Positions 34,701 through 43,825 of a DNA stretch of 64,000 bases are shown in pieces. The notes beneath the pieces are model-generated. The model saw only the letters and a list, made by a program, of their open reading frames with translations, did not search any database and was not told where the DNA came from. Made by a program: the position numbers and the translations under genes. Origin of the DNA: Alphaproteobacteria bacterium (GTDB lineage Bacteria; Pseudomonadota; Alphaproteobacteria; RF32; CAG-239); the NCBI GenBank assembly GCA_017501665.1, contig JAFVWM010000017.1:94361-158360 (forward strand), given 5' to 3'. How positions within the stretch are numbered: the stretch's first letter is position 1; every line of letters begins with the position of its first letter.

Positions 34701-35864
34701 CACATTCAAATTGTCCAACAATAATCCTTTTTCACCATATTCAAACATCAACACAAAATCTTTAAATGTTTGTCCGTTATAAGTAGCACGTACAGATCTT
34801 ATATCAGCATCCACATTAATCTTCGAAGTATTCGAATATGTTTCTTCAGTATATTTGCTTACAAAAGCTTTTATCTCATCAACAAAAGGATCTAATGTCA
34901 ACTCCGCAAATTCAAAATTAGCCTTAATTTTTGGACTGTTCAAATTGTCATTTGGCATTTGGATCGAACCGGCTCCTTGTGTTTCACCATATTTAATAAC
35001 GATATTACTTAAGTTTATCATTTGCTTGTTAACAGCCAAATCAAAGCCGGTGACAATAGGTTTATTATACTTCTCGCTTATTTTAGCATTTTCAAAATGA
35101 TCATTAACAAAATCACTCAATTTTTGAGATTCAACAACAACATTTCCGTTAATCACTTTATTAGAAAGCTGAAATGTTCCGTCAAACCTGATATAACTGC
35201 TTGATTTAGGATGTGTCAAAGCCATATTTAGTGTTGTTGGTAAATTTTCTTCCATTTTTCCGATTGTAATAGCAAATCCCTCAGGGACATTTCCTCGCAT
35301 ATAGTTACCTTCAAGCCTGAACGGTCCGAACACACTTTGAGCCATTACTTCTCCGTTTATGTTATTCACAGTAAAAGCTATGTCACCGTCGGCTGCTTCA
35401 AAATTAACCGTTGCATTTTTTAATGACAAACTGTTTAATACCAACTTGGTATCCTTCATCATCTGTCTTTGATCTGCGCTCAAATCGCCTTGCCAATTTA
35501 AACCTTTGTCATCGCAATTTATATTTATAGTAACCCCGTCCAAAATCATCTTTTTTATATTAACTTCACCATTAAGAAGAGAAGCCAAAGACAACTCTGC
35601 ATCAATATTTTTTATATCGAGTAGCGGAACCTCGTTTTTGTTTTCCGAATTATAAATTTTTGCATTAATTGCACGAAGATAAGGATAAGGAAGAATTCTA
35701 AAACTGACATTTCCGACAAATACAATATGCTTACCGGTAGAGTTGTAAAACTGTTCGGATATTTTGTTTTTATGCTTATTCCAATCTATACTGATAACAT
35801 AAAAAAACGTCCCTCCGATAGCCAATATCAAAGCCAAAACGACACCGATAATAACTTTTCTCAC
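31758..35864 (-). CDS. Giant AsmA-like/TamB-like envelope protein (~1370 aa) with ~350-aa C-terminal coiled-coil, K-rich extension
   Basis: N-terminal TM (VIIGVVLALILAIGGTFFYV) plus AsmA-like N-domain. Track start 35873 is TTG abutting AAGGGG; GTG at 35864 has better SD spacing, so the start is uncertain. Confidence 0.55.
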   Translation of the reverse strand: MRKVIIGVVLALILAIGGTFFYVISIDWNKHKNKISEQFYNSTGKHIVFVGNVSFRILPYPYLRAINAKIYNSENKNEVPLLDIKNIDAELSLASLLNGEVNIKKMILDGVTININCDDKGLNWQGDLSADQRQMMKDTKLVLNSLSLKNATVNFEAADGDIAFTVNNINGEVMAQSVFGPFRLEGNYMRGNVPEGFAITIGKMEENLPTTLNMALTHPKSSSYIRFDGTFQLSNKVINGNVVVESQKLSDFVNDHFENAKISEKYNKPIVTGFDLAVNKQMINLSNIVIKYGETQGAGSIQMPNDNLNSPKIKANFEFAELTLDPFVDEIKAFVSKYTEETYSNTSKINVDADIRSVRATYNGQTFKDFVLMFEYGEKGLLLDNLNVMLPGNAQLVIKGNVYDYDGDIYYQSDISLSTNELMRLLKWINIEPKATATAVYKKMLLTTKISGNFDKMQISPYKIVLDNTTFNGDAGIVFGERKDIIINVSANSLNFDNYIKSLPDEIKAKSFIDRLNYRFSKLGVLNDFDMVLNADANLVIYEGVPFETLSFKGSLLQSNLEIEELNVEEVANTSLNIKGNVSGFGEKAKFENLQYIINAQDVVNMIEKFELSKPEFDYNRFYNFSATGTLNGDLDNFNIDTEFNSGVLTGRYEGSVNMADNILFNGSIELKHPELITFIESVGGNYKVQSPNLGLFRFKSKINGTMRDMDLQDMELNIGYSQFGGNVSYDFRGNNKIASADLKINKFEADKYMIREDGKLALTAKLDGGAASFLTKPVWNKDRINYTPYSDWEFKGKFDIADLSYKNYMFQNAKFDLDVNKGLLNLSNFEAFYKNAPIKVKATLNMIKDPSIVLDVDVAEANISDFSIGGRTYNMKDGKFSSKIILNSKASSEESFVNNLNGSIDFKASDTKLSGVNIKGIYKDIVKREKSEGLVEFANTQIVSGSTAFENVAGKINITEGEFKITEGSLSAENINVTAKGGGNIKNWTMDVSFEIKHDEPRYLQGYTLQMKNSMDNPDVTVDVSKLFNIFKSREDQKVAEEKAKIETEKMQLTQLIEEQKKIAEDLVKSTEGKMSVEIDEKITGAFSNDSVKSYQDIKTELETLLNSFLDSTLLIDSKDPTQEKIDTLKKVNQNALQDIEVLQEKIDQVRLADLQKQNAVEYEKIIKINNELKDVVAQYNAKKSTYVSRLSNVITEYNLEKDEGYIALTKGIDTAINELEGLNNDIVASKNMYQVSGSISDYEQFNAKIGEVLNKLSSGMENLVNRVKEFENTTEQVIAKEEDLYHKKLEEEENQRLIEENTGSISVKKTGKTRTIRRNIKEIKETNEEISNETVKVIDFSKKKSISEKASVKDNQGVVKKGRSKR

Positions 35865-35990
35865 TTTTCTCAACCCCTTATCAAAAAATACAAAATAGCT
35901 GTTGTATTAAGAGCAAATAATCTTTACTTTTACAATAATCTGAGGTTATTATAACACATAAAATTAAAAAAACATTTAAATTATAAGGTT

Positions 35991-36389
35991 ATGGACATGA
36001 ATAATACAAAAGAACTGTTTGACCTTGCAAAATCAACATCTCAACGGGCTTATGCTCCATACTCAAATTTTCAAGTCGGAGCTTCCGTTTTGAGCGATTC
36101 GGGAAATTTTTATAGCGGATGTAATGTTGAAAACATCTCTTATCCGGTCGGTACTTGTGCCGAAACGGGTGCAATATCTGCTATGGTATCCGGTGGTGAT
36201 AAAAAAATAAAAGAAATTCTGATATATGCTTCGTCAAAAGAACTCATTACTCCATGTGGTGCCTGTCGCCAACGCATAGCCGAGTTTGCCGATTCCTCAA
36301 CCCTTATACATTTGGCTGATGATGAAGGAGTAAAACAAACATACACCATTACAGAGCTTTTACCATATTCTTTCAAGGATTTCAAATAA
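35991..36389 (+). CDS. cdd: Cytidine deaminase
   Basis: 132 aa; AYAPYSNFQVGA, CAETGAI and PCGACRQ zinc-binding motifs; collinear with the recalled B. subtilis Cdd. Confidence 0.9.
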   Translation: MDMNNTKELFDLAKSTSQRAYAPYSNFQVGASVLSDSGNFYSGCNVENISYPVGTCAETGAISAMVSGGDKKIKEILIYASSKELITPCGACRQRIAEFADSSTLIHLADDEGVKQTYTITELLPYSFKDFK

Positions 36390-37204
36390 TGACACAAACT
36401 TGCCAATCTTTTTGTAAACAAATCCAAAACTTAACCGATGGTTTTCGACCGGAAACAGCTTTGATTTTAGGTTCCGGCTTAGGGGCTTTAGCTGATAAAA
36501 TCCAAAATCCCAAAATCATAAAATATTCCGAAATATCAGGATTTCCTCAGAGTACCGTAGTCGGACATAAAGGACAATTTGTTTGCGGAGAACTTAACGG
36601 TAAAAACGTCATTTGTATGCAAGGACGTATTCATCTTTACGAAGGACACGCACCTCAAGATGTTTGTCGAATAATTAAAACATTTAAACTTCTGGGTGTT
36701 AAAAAATTAGTTGTAACAAATGCTGCCGGTTCACTGAACCCCAATATCAAATCCGGCTCAATTATGATGATTACCGACCACATAAATTTAAGTTTTACCA
36801 ATCCGTTAATCGGTTCAAATGATGATAGTTTCGGTCCTCGTTTTCCTGACATGAGCAACGCATATGATAAAGAATTACAAAACCTTGCCTCAAATATAGC
36901 AAACGAGGAAAATATTCCCTTAGAAAAAGGTGTTTACCTAATGGTATCAGGGCCAAATTTTGAAACATCTGCCGAAGTCAGAGCTTTTGGTATTCTGGGC
37001 GCAGATGCTGTTGGTATGTCAACAGTTCCCGAGGTTATATCAGCATCTTATTGTGGCATCAAAACTGTTGGCTTTTCAGTAATTACCAATATGGGAACAG
37101 GTTTACAAACAGCCACCCAATCACATGATGAAACACTAGCTATGGCTGACAAAGCAACTTCAAATTTAGCCGTTTTGCTAAATAAACTTTTTGAAAGGAT
37201 TTAA
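36389..37204 (+). CDS. Purine nucleoside phosphorylase, trimeric PNP/PunA type
   Basis: LILGSGLG, GPRFPDMS and VGMSTVPE motifs; TAATG overlap with cdd. Confidence 0.85.
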   Translation: MTQTCQSFCKQIQNLTDGFRPETALILGSGLGALADKIQNPKIIKYSEISGFPQSTVVGHKGQFVCGELNGKNVICMQGRIHLYEGHAPQDVCRIIKTFKLLGVKKLVVTNAAGSLNPNIKSGSIMMITDHINLSFTNPLIGSNDDSFGPRFPDMSNAYDKELQNLASNIANEENIPLEKGVYLMVSGPNFETSAEVRAFGILGADAVGMSTVPEVISASYCGIKTVGFSVITNMGTGLQTATQSHDETLAMADKATSNLAVLLNKLFERI

Positions 37205-37209
37205 GTATT

Positions 37210-37941
37210 ATGGATAATCTTGAGAGCGCAAAAACCCTAATAGGTTTGCTCGATTTGACAACCCTAAATGATAACGACACGAACGAAACAATAGCAACGC
37301 TATGTCAAAAAGCAATTTCGCAATACGGAAATACTGCTTCAGTTTGCATATATCCGCAATTTATACCCTATGCTAAAAGTATCTTACCCAAAGATTTCAA
37401 AGTTGCAACCGTTGTAAACTTTCCTCACGGCATTGCCAACAACACTCTTTTGGAAAAAGAAATAATATCAGCCATATCTACCGGTGCTGATGAATTGGAT
37501 GTTGTTTTACCATACAAAACTTTTTTATCCGGAGATATTGATTTTTGTAAGGAATATTTAGATATTGCTCGCGAAACATGCCAAGATAAAATATTAAAAA
37601 TAATTATTGAAACCGGTGAACTTAAGGATGTTTTAGCAATAAAACAAGCTACACAACTTTGTATCGATGCTCAAGCCGATTTTGTAAAAACATCTACCGG
37701 CAAAACCTCCGTTTCAGCTACTCCCGAAGCTGCCAACGTTATTTTAGAAACAATCGCTCAAAGCGGTAAACCTGTCGGATTTAAAGCTTCCGGAGGGATA
37801 AAAACACTTTATGATGCCAAAGCATATCTTAACTTAGCTCAATCAATAATGGGCAAAAATTGGATAAACCGATCAAACTTTCGAATTGGCGCAAGCTCAT
37901 TGTTAAATGATTTAATAAAAACCATAGATCAAGGATACTAA
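37210..37941 (+). CDS. deoC: Deoxyribose-phosphate aldolase (long DeoC form)
   Basis: LIGLLDLTTLNDNDT, FVKTSTGK (Schiff-base Lys) and GFKASGGI; collinear with recalled E. coli DeoC. Confidence 0.9.
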   Translation: MDNLESAKTLIGLLDLTTLNDNDTNETIATLCQKAISQYGNTASVCIYPQFIPYAKSILPKDFKVATVVNFPHGIANNTLLEKEIISAISTGADELDVVLPYKTFLSGDIDFCKEYLDIARETCQDKILKIIIETGELKDVLAIKQATQLCIDAQADFVKTSTGKTSVSATPEAANVILETIAQSGKPVGFKASGGIKTLYDAKAYLNLAQSIMGKNWINRSNFRIGASSLLNDLIKTIDQGY

Positions 37942-37942
37942 A

Positions 37943-39253
37943 ATGCTTCCCCAAGAAATTATCAGAAAAAAACGCAATAACCAAGCCTTAAGCTCCGAAG
38001 AAATAAATGAATTTATCAAAGGCATAACTGACGGAACCATTGTCGATGCTCAAACCGCATCTCTGACCATGGCCATTTTCTTAAACAAACTAACCAAAGA
38101 AGAAACCACTGCATTAACCTTGGCTATGCGCGATTCCGGTGATGTTTTGGATTGGTCCGAAGTGAACGGCCCTATTATAGACAAACACTCCTCAGGAGGT
38201 GTCGGCGATAAAATAAGCCTTATGCTTGCTCCAATGCTTGCTGCTTGTGGCGGATATTGTCCGATGATTTCCGGCCGAGGACTAGGACATACCGGCGGAA
38301 CATTGGATAAATTTGATTCAATCCCTGGATACCAAACTCAACCAAGTAACGAACTATTCAAAAAAACCGTAAAAGAAGTCGGGTGTGCAATCATCGGTCA
38401 AACCGGCAACCTTGCTCCTGCAGACAAAAAAATCTATGCTATTCGCGATGTCTGTGCCACTGTTGAGTCCGTTGATTTAATTACGGCATCAATCTTATCT
38501 AAAAAACTTGCCGCCGGACTTGATTGTTTGGTAATGGACTTAAAATGCGGTAACGGCGCATTTATGGATTCTCTCGAACGCGCAGAAGAATTAGCCTCCT
38601 CAATCGTCAGGGTAGCCAACCATGCCGGCACCAAAACCAAAGCAGTTATTACCGACATGAACCAAGTCTTAGGTCGCAACGTAGGCAATGCTTTGGAAGT
38701 AGCCGAAGCCGTCGAATACTTAAAAGGAAAAAACATCAACCAACGCATGCACGAAATAACCTTGGAACTTTGCGGCGAACTTTTAGTATCATGTAAACTT
38801 GCCGATACATTAGAACGTGCCAAAGAAAAACTGCAAAAATCTTTGGATTCGGGGCTGGCTTTACAAAAATTTCAAGATATGGTCACCTCACTGGGCGGTC
38901 CAAAAGATTTTTGCGAAGATCCGTGGAAATACCTGCCGAAAGCTAATGTTGTTCGTCCCGTATACGCCCCTAAAAAAGGCATTGTATCGTCCATGGATAC
39001 CCGAGGCATCGGCTTAAGTATTATCGAATTAAAAGGTGGACGCACCACACCGGAACAAAAACTGGACTATGCTACCGGATATTCAGAGTTCTGCCAAATC
39101 GGCGATTATATAGATGATAAAACTCCCTTAGCAATAGTTCATGCTCAAAATGAAGAACAATTCGAATTAGCCCAAAAACGTTTGCAGAGTCTTATAACCA
39201 TATCAGACAAAGCTCCGTCACCCTCCCGTTGTATTATCAAAAAAATATCTTAA
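37943..39253 (+). CDS. deoA: Thymidine phosphorylase
   Basis: EIIRKKRNNQALSSEEINEFIKGI, DKHSSGGVGD, MISGRGLGHTGGTLDK; collinear with recalled E. coli DeoA. Confidence 0.9.
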   Translation: MLPQEIIRKKRNNQALSSEEINEFIKGITDGTIVDAQTASLTMAIFLNKLTKEETTALTLAMRDSGDVLDWSEVNGPIIDKHSSGGVGDKISLMLAPMLAACGGYCPMISGRGLGHTGGTLDKFDSIPGYQTQPSNELFKKTVKEVGCAIIGQTGNLAPADKKIYAIRDVCATVESVDLITASILSKKLAAGLDCLVMDLKCGNGAFMDSLERAEELASSIVRVANHAGTKTKAVITDMNQVLGRNVGNALEVAEAVEYLKGKNINQRMHEITLELCGELLVSCKLADTLERAKEKLQKSLDSGLALQKFQDMVTSLGGPKDFCEDPWKYLPKANVVRPVYAPKKGIVSSMDTRGIGLSIIELKGGRTTPEQKLDYATGYSEFCQIGDYIDDKTPLAIVHAQNEEQFELAQKRLQSLITISDKAPSPSRCIIKKIS

Positions 39254-39290
39254 AAAAAAATGCCTCTAATCTTTCGAGGCATTTTCATTA
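39254..39290. terminator. Bidirectional terminator between convergent deoA and tolB
   Basis: A-run, AAATGCCTC-taatctttc-GAGGCATTT stem, T-run. Confidence 0.7.
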
Positions 39291-39293
39291 TTT

Positions 39294-40613
39294 TTAAGGT
39301 AACAAGGGAGACCACGCAGGATCTGATGCATCGGCAGGAGTTATAATTTGTCGTTCATTATATCCGGTCAAATCTATTGAATACAACTTAACCGGCGGTG
39401 TTGTTCTGCCTCTTCCTTTCTCTTGTCTGAAATAAATCAAGACACGACCGTTCGGTGACCACGTCGGACCTTCAACCAAATATCCTGAAGCCAACACACG
39501 TTCGCCCGTTCCGTCAGGGTACATAACCCCGATATAAAACTCTCCACCGAGCATTTTCGTAAATGCAATATAATCACCTCGTGGCGACCAAACCGGAGTT
39601 GCATAACGTCCTTTTCCGAAACTTATCCTCTTAACATTTGATCCGTCTGCGTCCATAACATATAATTGTTGATTTCCGCCTCTGTCCGAGTTAAAAACAA
39701 TTTTACTGCCGTCAGGAGAATAACTTGGTGATGTATCAATTGCACCGCTATGGGTTAATCTTTTTTTCTTTTTATTTTTTAAATCCATTTCATAAATATC
39801 GCTTTTACCGTTGCTGGCATAAGACAGCAATACTTTTTCGCTATCCGGCGAAAAACGCGGAGCAAACGTCATCCCCGGAAAATCGCCCAAAACCTCTTGC
39901 TCACCTGTTTCAATATCCAAAATATAAACTCGCGGTATATTGCCGGCATAAGACATATAAGTAATTTTTTGCAAATTAGGTGAAAAACGAGGTGTCAGTG
40001 CCATTGCTGCACCGTTTGTTAAAAATTTATGATTTTCTCCGTCTTGATCCATAATGGCTAAACGTTTAACTCTTTTTGTTGCCGGTCCTGATTCCGAAAC
40101 ATAAACTATTCTGGTATCAAAATATCCTTTTTCGCCCGTAAGCCTCTCATATATTGTATCGGAAATTACATGAGCAATTCTGCGCCAATTATCTTTAGTC
40201 GTGGTAAACGATTGACCTTCCATTTGATTTTCGGCATAAACATCCCACAACCTAAACGAAACTTTAATCGTATTTGCATCAACTTCTTCTATTTCACTTT
40301 GAATAAGAGCCTGAGCCTTAATTGCCTTCCAATCCGAAAATTCCGGTGCTTGTTCCATTGATGAAAATTCTTGAATATAGCTGTTTTTATCAATAACCTC
40401 AAATAAACCCGAACGTTCTAAATCAGCCTTGACTACGTTCAAAATATTATCTCCCTGTTGTCCGACAAAAAATCCGTCATGAATTATGCTCGGTATGGCA
40501 ACGGGCATAGGGTCTCGCATTGCACCGCTGACATCAATGGCCAACTCAGCTTTTGCAACAGTAACCCACATCAAACCAAAAAACAAACAGACAAACAACT
40601 TCAATTTCATCAT
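39294..40613 (-). CDS. tolB: Tol-Pal system beta-propeller protein TolB
   Basis: Signal peptide [22 protein letters not shown], TolB N-domain, then repeated propeller blades ([42 protein letters not shown]). Confidence 0.8.
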   Translation of the reverse strand: MMKLKLFVCLFFGLMWVTVAKAELAIDVSGAMRDPMPVAIPSIIHDGFFVGQQGDNILNVVKADLERSGLFEVIDKNSYIQEFSSMEQAPEFSDWKAIKAQALIQSEIEEVDANTIKVSFRLWDVYAENQMEGQSFTTTKDNWRRIAHVISDTIYERLTGEKGYFDTRIVYVSESGPATKRVKRLAIMDQDGENHKFLTNGAAMALTPRFSPNLQKITYMSYAGNIPRVYILDIETGEQEVLGDFPGMTFAPRFSPDSEKVLLSYASNGKSDIYEMDLKNKKKKRLTHSGAIDTSPSYSPDGSKIVFNSDRGGNQQLYVMDADGSNVKRISFGKGRYATPVWSPRGDYIAFTKMLGGEFYIGVMYPDGTGERVLASGYLVEGPTWSPNGRVLIYFRQEKGRGRTTPPVKLYSIDLTGYNERQIITPADASDPAWSPLLP

Positions 40614-40734
40614 ATTACCCCTTTATCTCACATCTCGCAAAATTTTAACTTCTTTTGGTTAAAATTCAATTAGCAATTACATTAAATTTATTATCTTTCT
40701 TGACAAATTTCATTATTTTCATAATCTTTATTTT

Positions 40735-41193
40735 ATGAACATAAAAGAACTGAAAACACAATTAACTAAAGGACATTCGATTTTAGCCTTTGACTATGGC
40801 GAAAAGCGATTAGGTGTTGCTGTATCCGATTTATTACTTATGACTGCCAATCCCGTAAAAATAATCTATCGCTCAACTTTTGACAAAGACCTTGCTCAAA
40901 TCAAGCAAATTATCAAAGAAAAAGAAGTAGGAGCTATTGTTTACGGGCTACCTCTTCAAATGGACGGAAGCGAAGGCAAAACCACCGAAATGGTGAAAGA
41001 ATTTGCCGAAAATCTTGCCAAACATATCCACTTGCCTTATGCCTTTTGGGATGAAAGATTATCATCTCGAGCCGTTGAAAACTTTCTTATAAAAGAAATC
41101 GACATGTCTCGTTCCAAAAGAAAAGAAACTTTAGATGCATCGGCAGCAGCCTATATTTTACAAGGTGTTTTAGATTCACTACAATATTTGTAA
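40735..41193 (+). CDS. ruvX: Holliday-junction resolvase-like RNase H-fold nuclease RuvX/YqgF
   Basis: ILAFDYGEKRLGVAVSD start and conserved acidic residues; 152 aa. TTGACA at 40701-06 upstream; no SD before ATG 40735. Confidence 0.85.
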   Translation: MNIKELKTQLTKGHSILAFDYGEKRLGVAVSDLLLMTANPVKIIYRSTFDKDLAQIKQIIKEKEVGAIVYGLPLQMDGSEGKTTEMVKEFAENLAKHIHLPYAFWDERLSSRAVENFLIKEIDMSRSKRKETLDASAAAYILQGVLDSLQYL

Positions 41194-41882
41194 GCCACAG
41201 CTCTTAATACTTGTAAAAACTTTTCATCCGCAAGCAATTCATCATTTGCTCTACCGACATTATTGATTAATTCGGTCACTTCTTTAACTTCTGTTACCTT
41301 ATCCGGTAAAAATCTGCGACAAAATGCATAAGCAGAAGCACAAATATCTTTTGTATCATACCCTATAATTTCAAGTAATTCTTCAACCGAAAAATCATTT
41401 ATCTTCTTTGCATCGGAAAGATTATACCAAAATCCGACCCCTTCTTTTGCCAATTCTTTCCAAAAAAATGCCTTTCCCGGATCGGCCTTTCTCCTTGGTG
41501 CAATATCCGAATGACCGACAATATTTTCCGGCCTTATCTTATATTTTTTGACCAATTTTTTAATCAGCCCGATTCCTGACTTGATTTGCGCCGATGTAAA
41601 TTTCTTCTGCCCTAAACTTTTAGAGCAAAACTCAATTCCTATTGAGTGAGAGTTAATATCTTCAATTTCGCGCCAATAAGAAACTCCGGCATGCCTCGCT
41701 CGTTTTTTCTCTCCGACCAATTGCCAAATTTCTCCATCCTCAGCCACAATATAATGTGAAGACACCTTATTATCACAAAAAGATTTTATCGCCGCTGTTA
41801 CATCATAAGCCACCGCATGCAACACAATCATATCTGTTTTGCTTTGTCTTTCTTCACAATACGGCAACAACTTTCTTCTCAT
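41151..41882 (-). CDS. ampD: N-acetylmuramoyl-L-alanine amidase, AmpD/amidase_2 family
   Basis: MIVLHAV, HYIVAEDGEIWQLV, RARHAGVSYW, IGIEF and GHSDIAPRRKADPG motifs. The 3' end overlaps the convergent ruvX by 43 bp. Confidence 0.75.
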   Translation of the reverse strand: MRRKLLPYCEERQSKTDMIVLHAVAYDVTAAIKSFCDNKVSSHYIVAEDGEIWQLVGEKKRARHAGVSYWREIEDINSHSIGIEFCSKSLGQKKFTSAQIKSGIGLIKKLVKKYKIRPENIVGHSDIAPRRKADPGKAFFWKELAKEGVGFWYNLSDAKKINDFSVEELLEIIGYDTKDICASAYAFCRRFLPDKVTEVKEVTELINNVGRANDELLADEKFLQVLRAVAYKYCSESKTPCKI

Positions 41883-43039
41883 TTTTTACCTTTTGCTTTT
41901 ACAATTTCCTGATAAGCTAAATTTATTTCAGCCATTCTTTTGGTAGCAATTTTCATTTCTTTTTCCGAAGCGTTTGCCAATTTGTCCGGATGATAAATTA
42001 CAATAAGCTTTTTCCATTTTGCTTTTATTTCATCCATACCTGCATCATAAGAAACCCCCAAAACATCATATGACATCATAAGTTTTTTGCTTAGCGGATT
42101 CGGTTTAAACTGTTTCTTTAATCTGGCAAATTCTCTATCTTCAAGCCCGATTATTTTTGCTATTTTCTTTAATATTCTCATTTCTGTTTCGCTTATAACT
42201 TCTTTTGCCGAAGCTATCTTGAACAAATTTTCCATTGATACGTCTTTTAAGCTTTCACTGTTGCGAGTAAGCCCTTCTAACATATCGGCATATTTTTCTA
42301 GCGAAAATTTATGTTTTTGTTTATTTTCAAATATTTCATAAACAAATGATTTTTGCTCGGGCTTCACGGCAAATATCTGACAAAACCTCTTTCTTTCCCT
42401 ATCACTTATTTTTCCGTCTGCCTCAACAATCAACGCCGACAAAGCCGCCATAACTTCCAAATAGCGTCTGTGTTCTCCGACCTGTGCATCGCGCCAAAGT
42501 TTTAGAGGGTTTATTTTCTGCCAATAATTTCTAAGGATATTAAACGGTATAAGCTTAGCTCCCTCAAGACGACGATAATCGGCAATAAATCCCAAAATTA
42601 TTCCGACAAACATCAATATGGCACTATGTAACAAAAATCCCAACACACCGCCCAATATCTTACCCCAGTTATTATCAAAAAAGTGATCGATTTTCTTCTT
42701 AACTTTTCTTATTTTTGTATTTTTAGGCATATCAAAAACCACATGTCCGCCAACAAGCATCAGCACAAATCCGATAAAACCGAATAAAACCAAGCCTAAC
42801 AATCCGCACCAAATTTTTCCCCAAATATTACCATCCAAACGATTATAATATTTATAATACTTATACGGTAATTTAATCCTTATAATATCATCCATATGAC
42901 TGATTTGCTTTTCGATATTTCTTATTACATAGGTTTTATCAATAAACATATGCCCTATAAACAAACCGATAAGCAATCCGTCTAAACCGAAGATTTTAAA
43001 ACCTATTAACGCAAGTGTTAATTTTCCTAAAGGTGACAT
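41879..43039 (-). CDS. DnaJ-domain membrane co-chaperone (DjlA-like) with extra N-terminal TM segments
   Basis: C-terminal J-domain YDVLGVSYDAGMDEIKAKWKKLIVIYHPDK (HPD), central TerB-like region (MAALSALIVEADGKISDRERKRF), several TM helices; AAGGAA SD. Confidence 0.6.
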   Translation of the reverse strand: MSPLGKLTLALIGFKIFGLDGLLIGLFIGHMFIDKTYVIRNIEKQISHMDDIIRIKLPYKYYKYYNRLDGNIWGKIWCGLLGLVLFGFIGFVLMLVGGHVVFDMPKNTKIRKVKKKIDHFFDNNWGKILGGVLGFLLHSAILMFVGIILGFIADYRRLEGAKLIPFNILRNYWQKINPLKLWRDAQVGEHRRYLEVMAALSALIVEADGKISDRERKRFCQIFAVKPEQKSFVYEIFENKQKHKFSLEKYADMLEGLTRNSESLKDVSMENLFKIASAKEVISETEMRILKKIAKIIGLEDREFARLKKQFKPNPLSKKLMMSYDVLGVSYDAGMDEIKAKWKKLIVIYHPDKLANASEKEMKIATKRMAEINLAYQEIVKAKGKK

Positions 43040-43057
43040 TGTTTAAATTTCCTTATA

Positions 43058-43819
43058 TTATAAAGTAATAACTGAAACTTGGCTTGGAAAATCCTTAAGC
43101 TCGTTAACCAAACCTTGATGCGTAAATCGCCTAAAGCTGAAAAATTCATCTTCTGACGCATATGTATCAAGATTTGCCGCTTCAATATTTTCGATTCCCG
43201 CCTTTTTTAACCTGTCAAAGCAATACGCAGGCAGATCAAAATAATAATATCCGTCACGTTTTCCCTCAACGAAATATTGTTTATTATTTATCGTTTGTTC
43301 CAAAAATTGATTATAAAAATTTGCATCGACTTCATACGACTTTTGCATAATGCAAGGACCTATTGCCGCTTTAATATTTTTCAATTCAGCTCCCTTTTCA
43401 ATCATCAAAGTAATTACATTTTCCATAATACCCTTAAAAGCGCCTCTCCAACCGGCGTGAGCTGCCCCGATTACGCCGTTTTTTCTATCTTCAAACAACA
43501 CAGGTGCACAATCTGCCGTTCTGATACAAAGTCCTACTCCTTTAATTGTAGTAACCGTTCCATCAGCCACGACCGTATCCCAACTCGGATTATCAATATA
43601 AACAGCCGTATTGCTTACTCCCTGATTAAGCAATACTAAATTTTCTTTTTCCAAATTCATTTTTTCAGCAACTATTTGCAAATTTTTTATCAAACATTCT
43701 TTGTCGTCATAGCTTTTAGTGTTAACATTGAGACTGCTATATTTTCCACAAGAAAAACCACCGCGACTTCCAAAAAAGCAATGTTTATTTTTATCTAAAT
43801 TATTCGCCTGCCAACTCAT
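43058..43819 (-). CDS. pgeF: PgeF/YfiH purine nucleoside phosphorylase / laccase-domain protein (DUF152)
   Basis: RTADCAPVLF and AAHAGWRG signature motifs. Confidence 0.85.
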   Translation of the reverse strand: MSWQANNLDKNKHCFFGSRGGFSCGKYSSLNVNTKSYDDKECLIKNLQIVAEKMNLEKENLVLLNQGVSNTAVYIDNPSWDTVVADGTVTTIKGVGLCIRTADCAPVLFEDRKNGVIGAAHAGWRGAFKGIMENVITLMIEKGAELKNIKAAIGPCIMQKSYEVDANFYNQFLEQTINNKQYFVEGKRDGYYYFDLPAYCFDRLKKAGIENIEAANLDTYASEDEFFSFRRFTHQGLVNELKDFPSQVSVITL

Positions 43820-43825
43820 ATTCTG

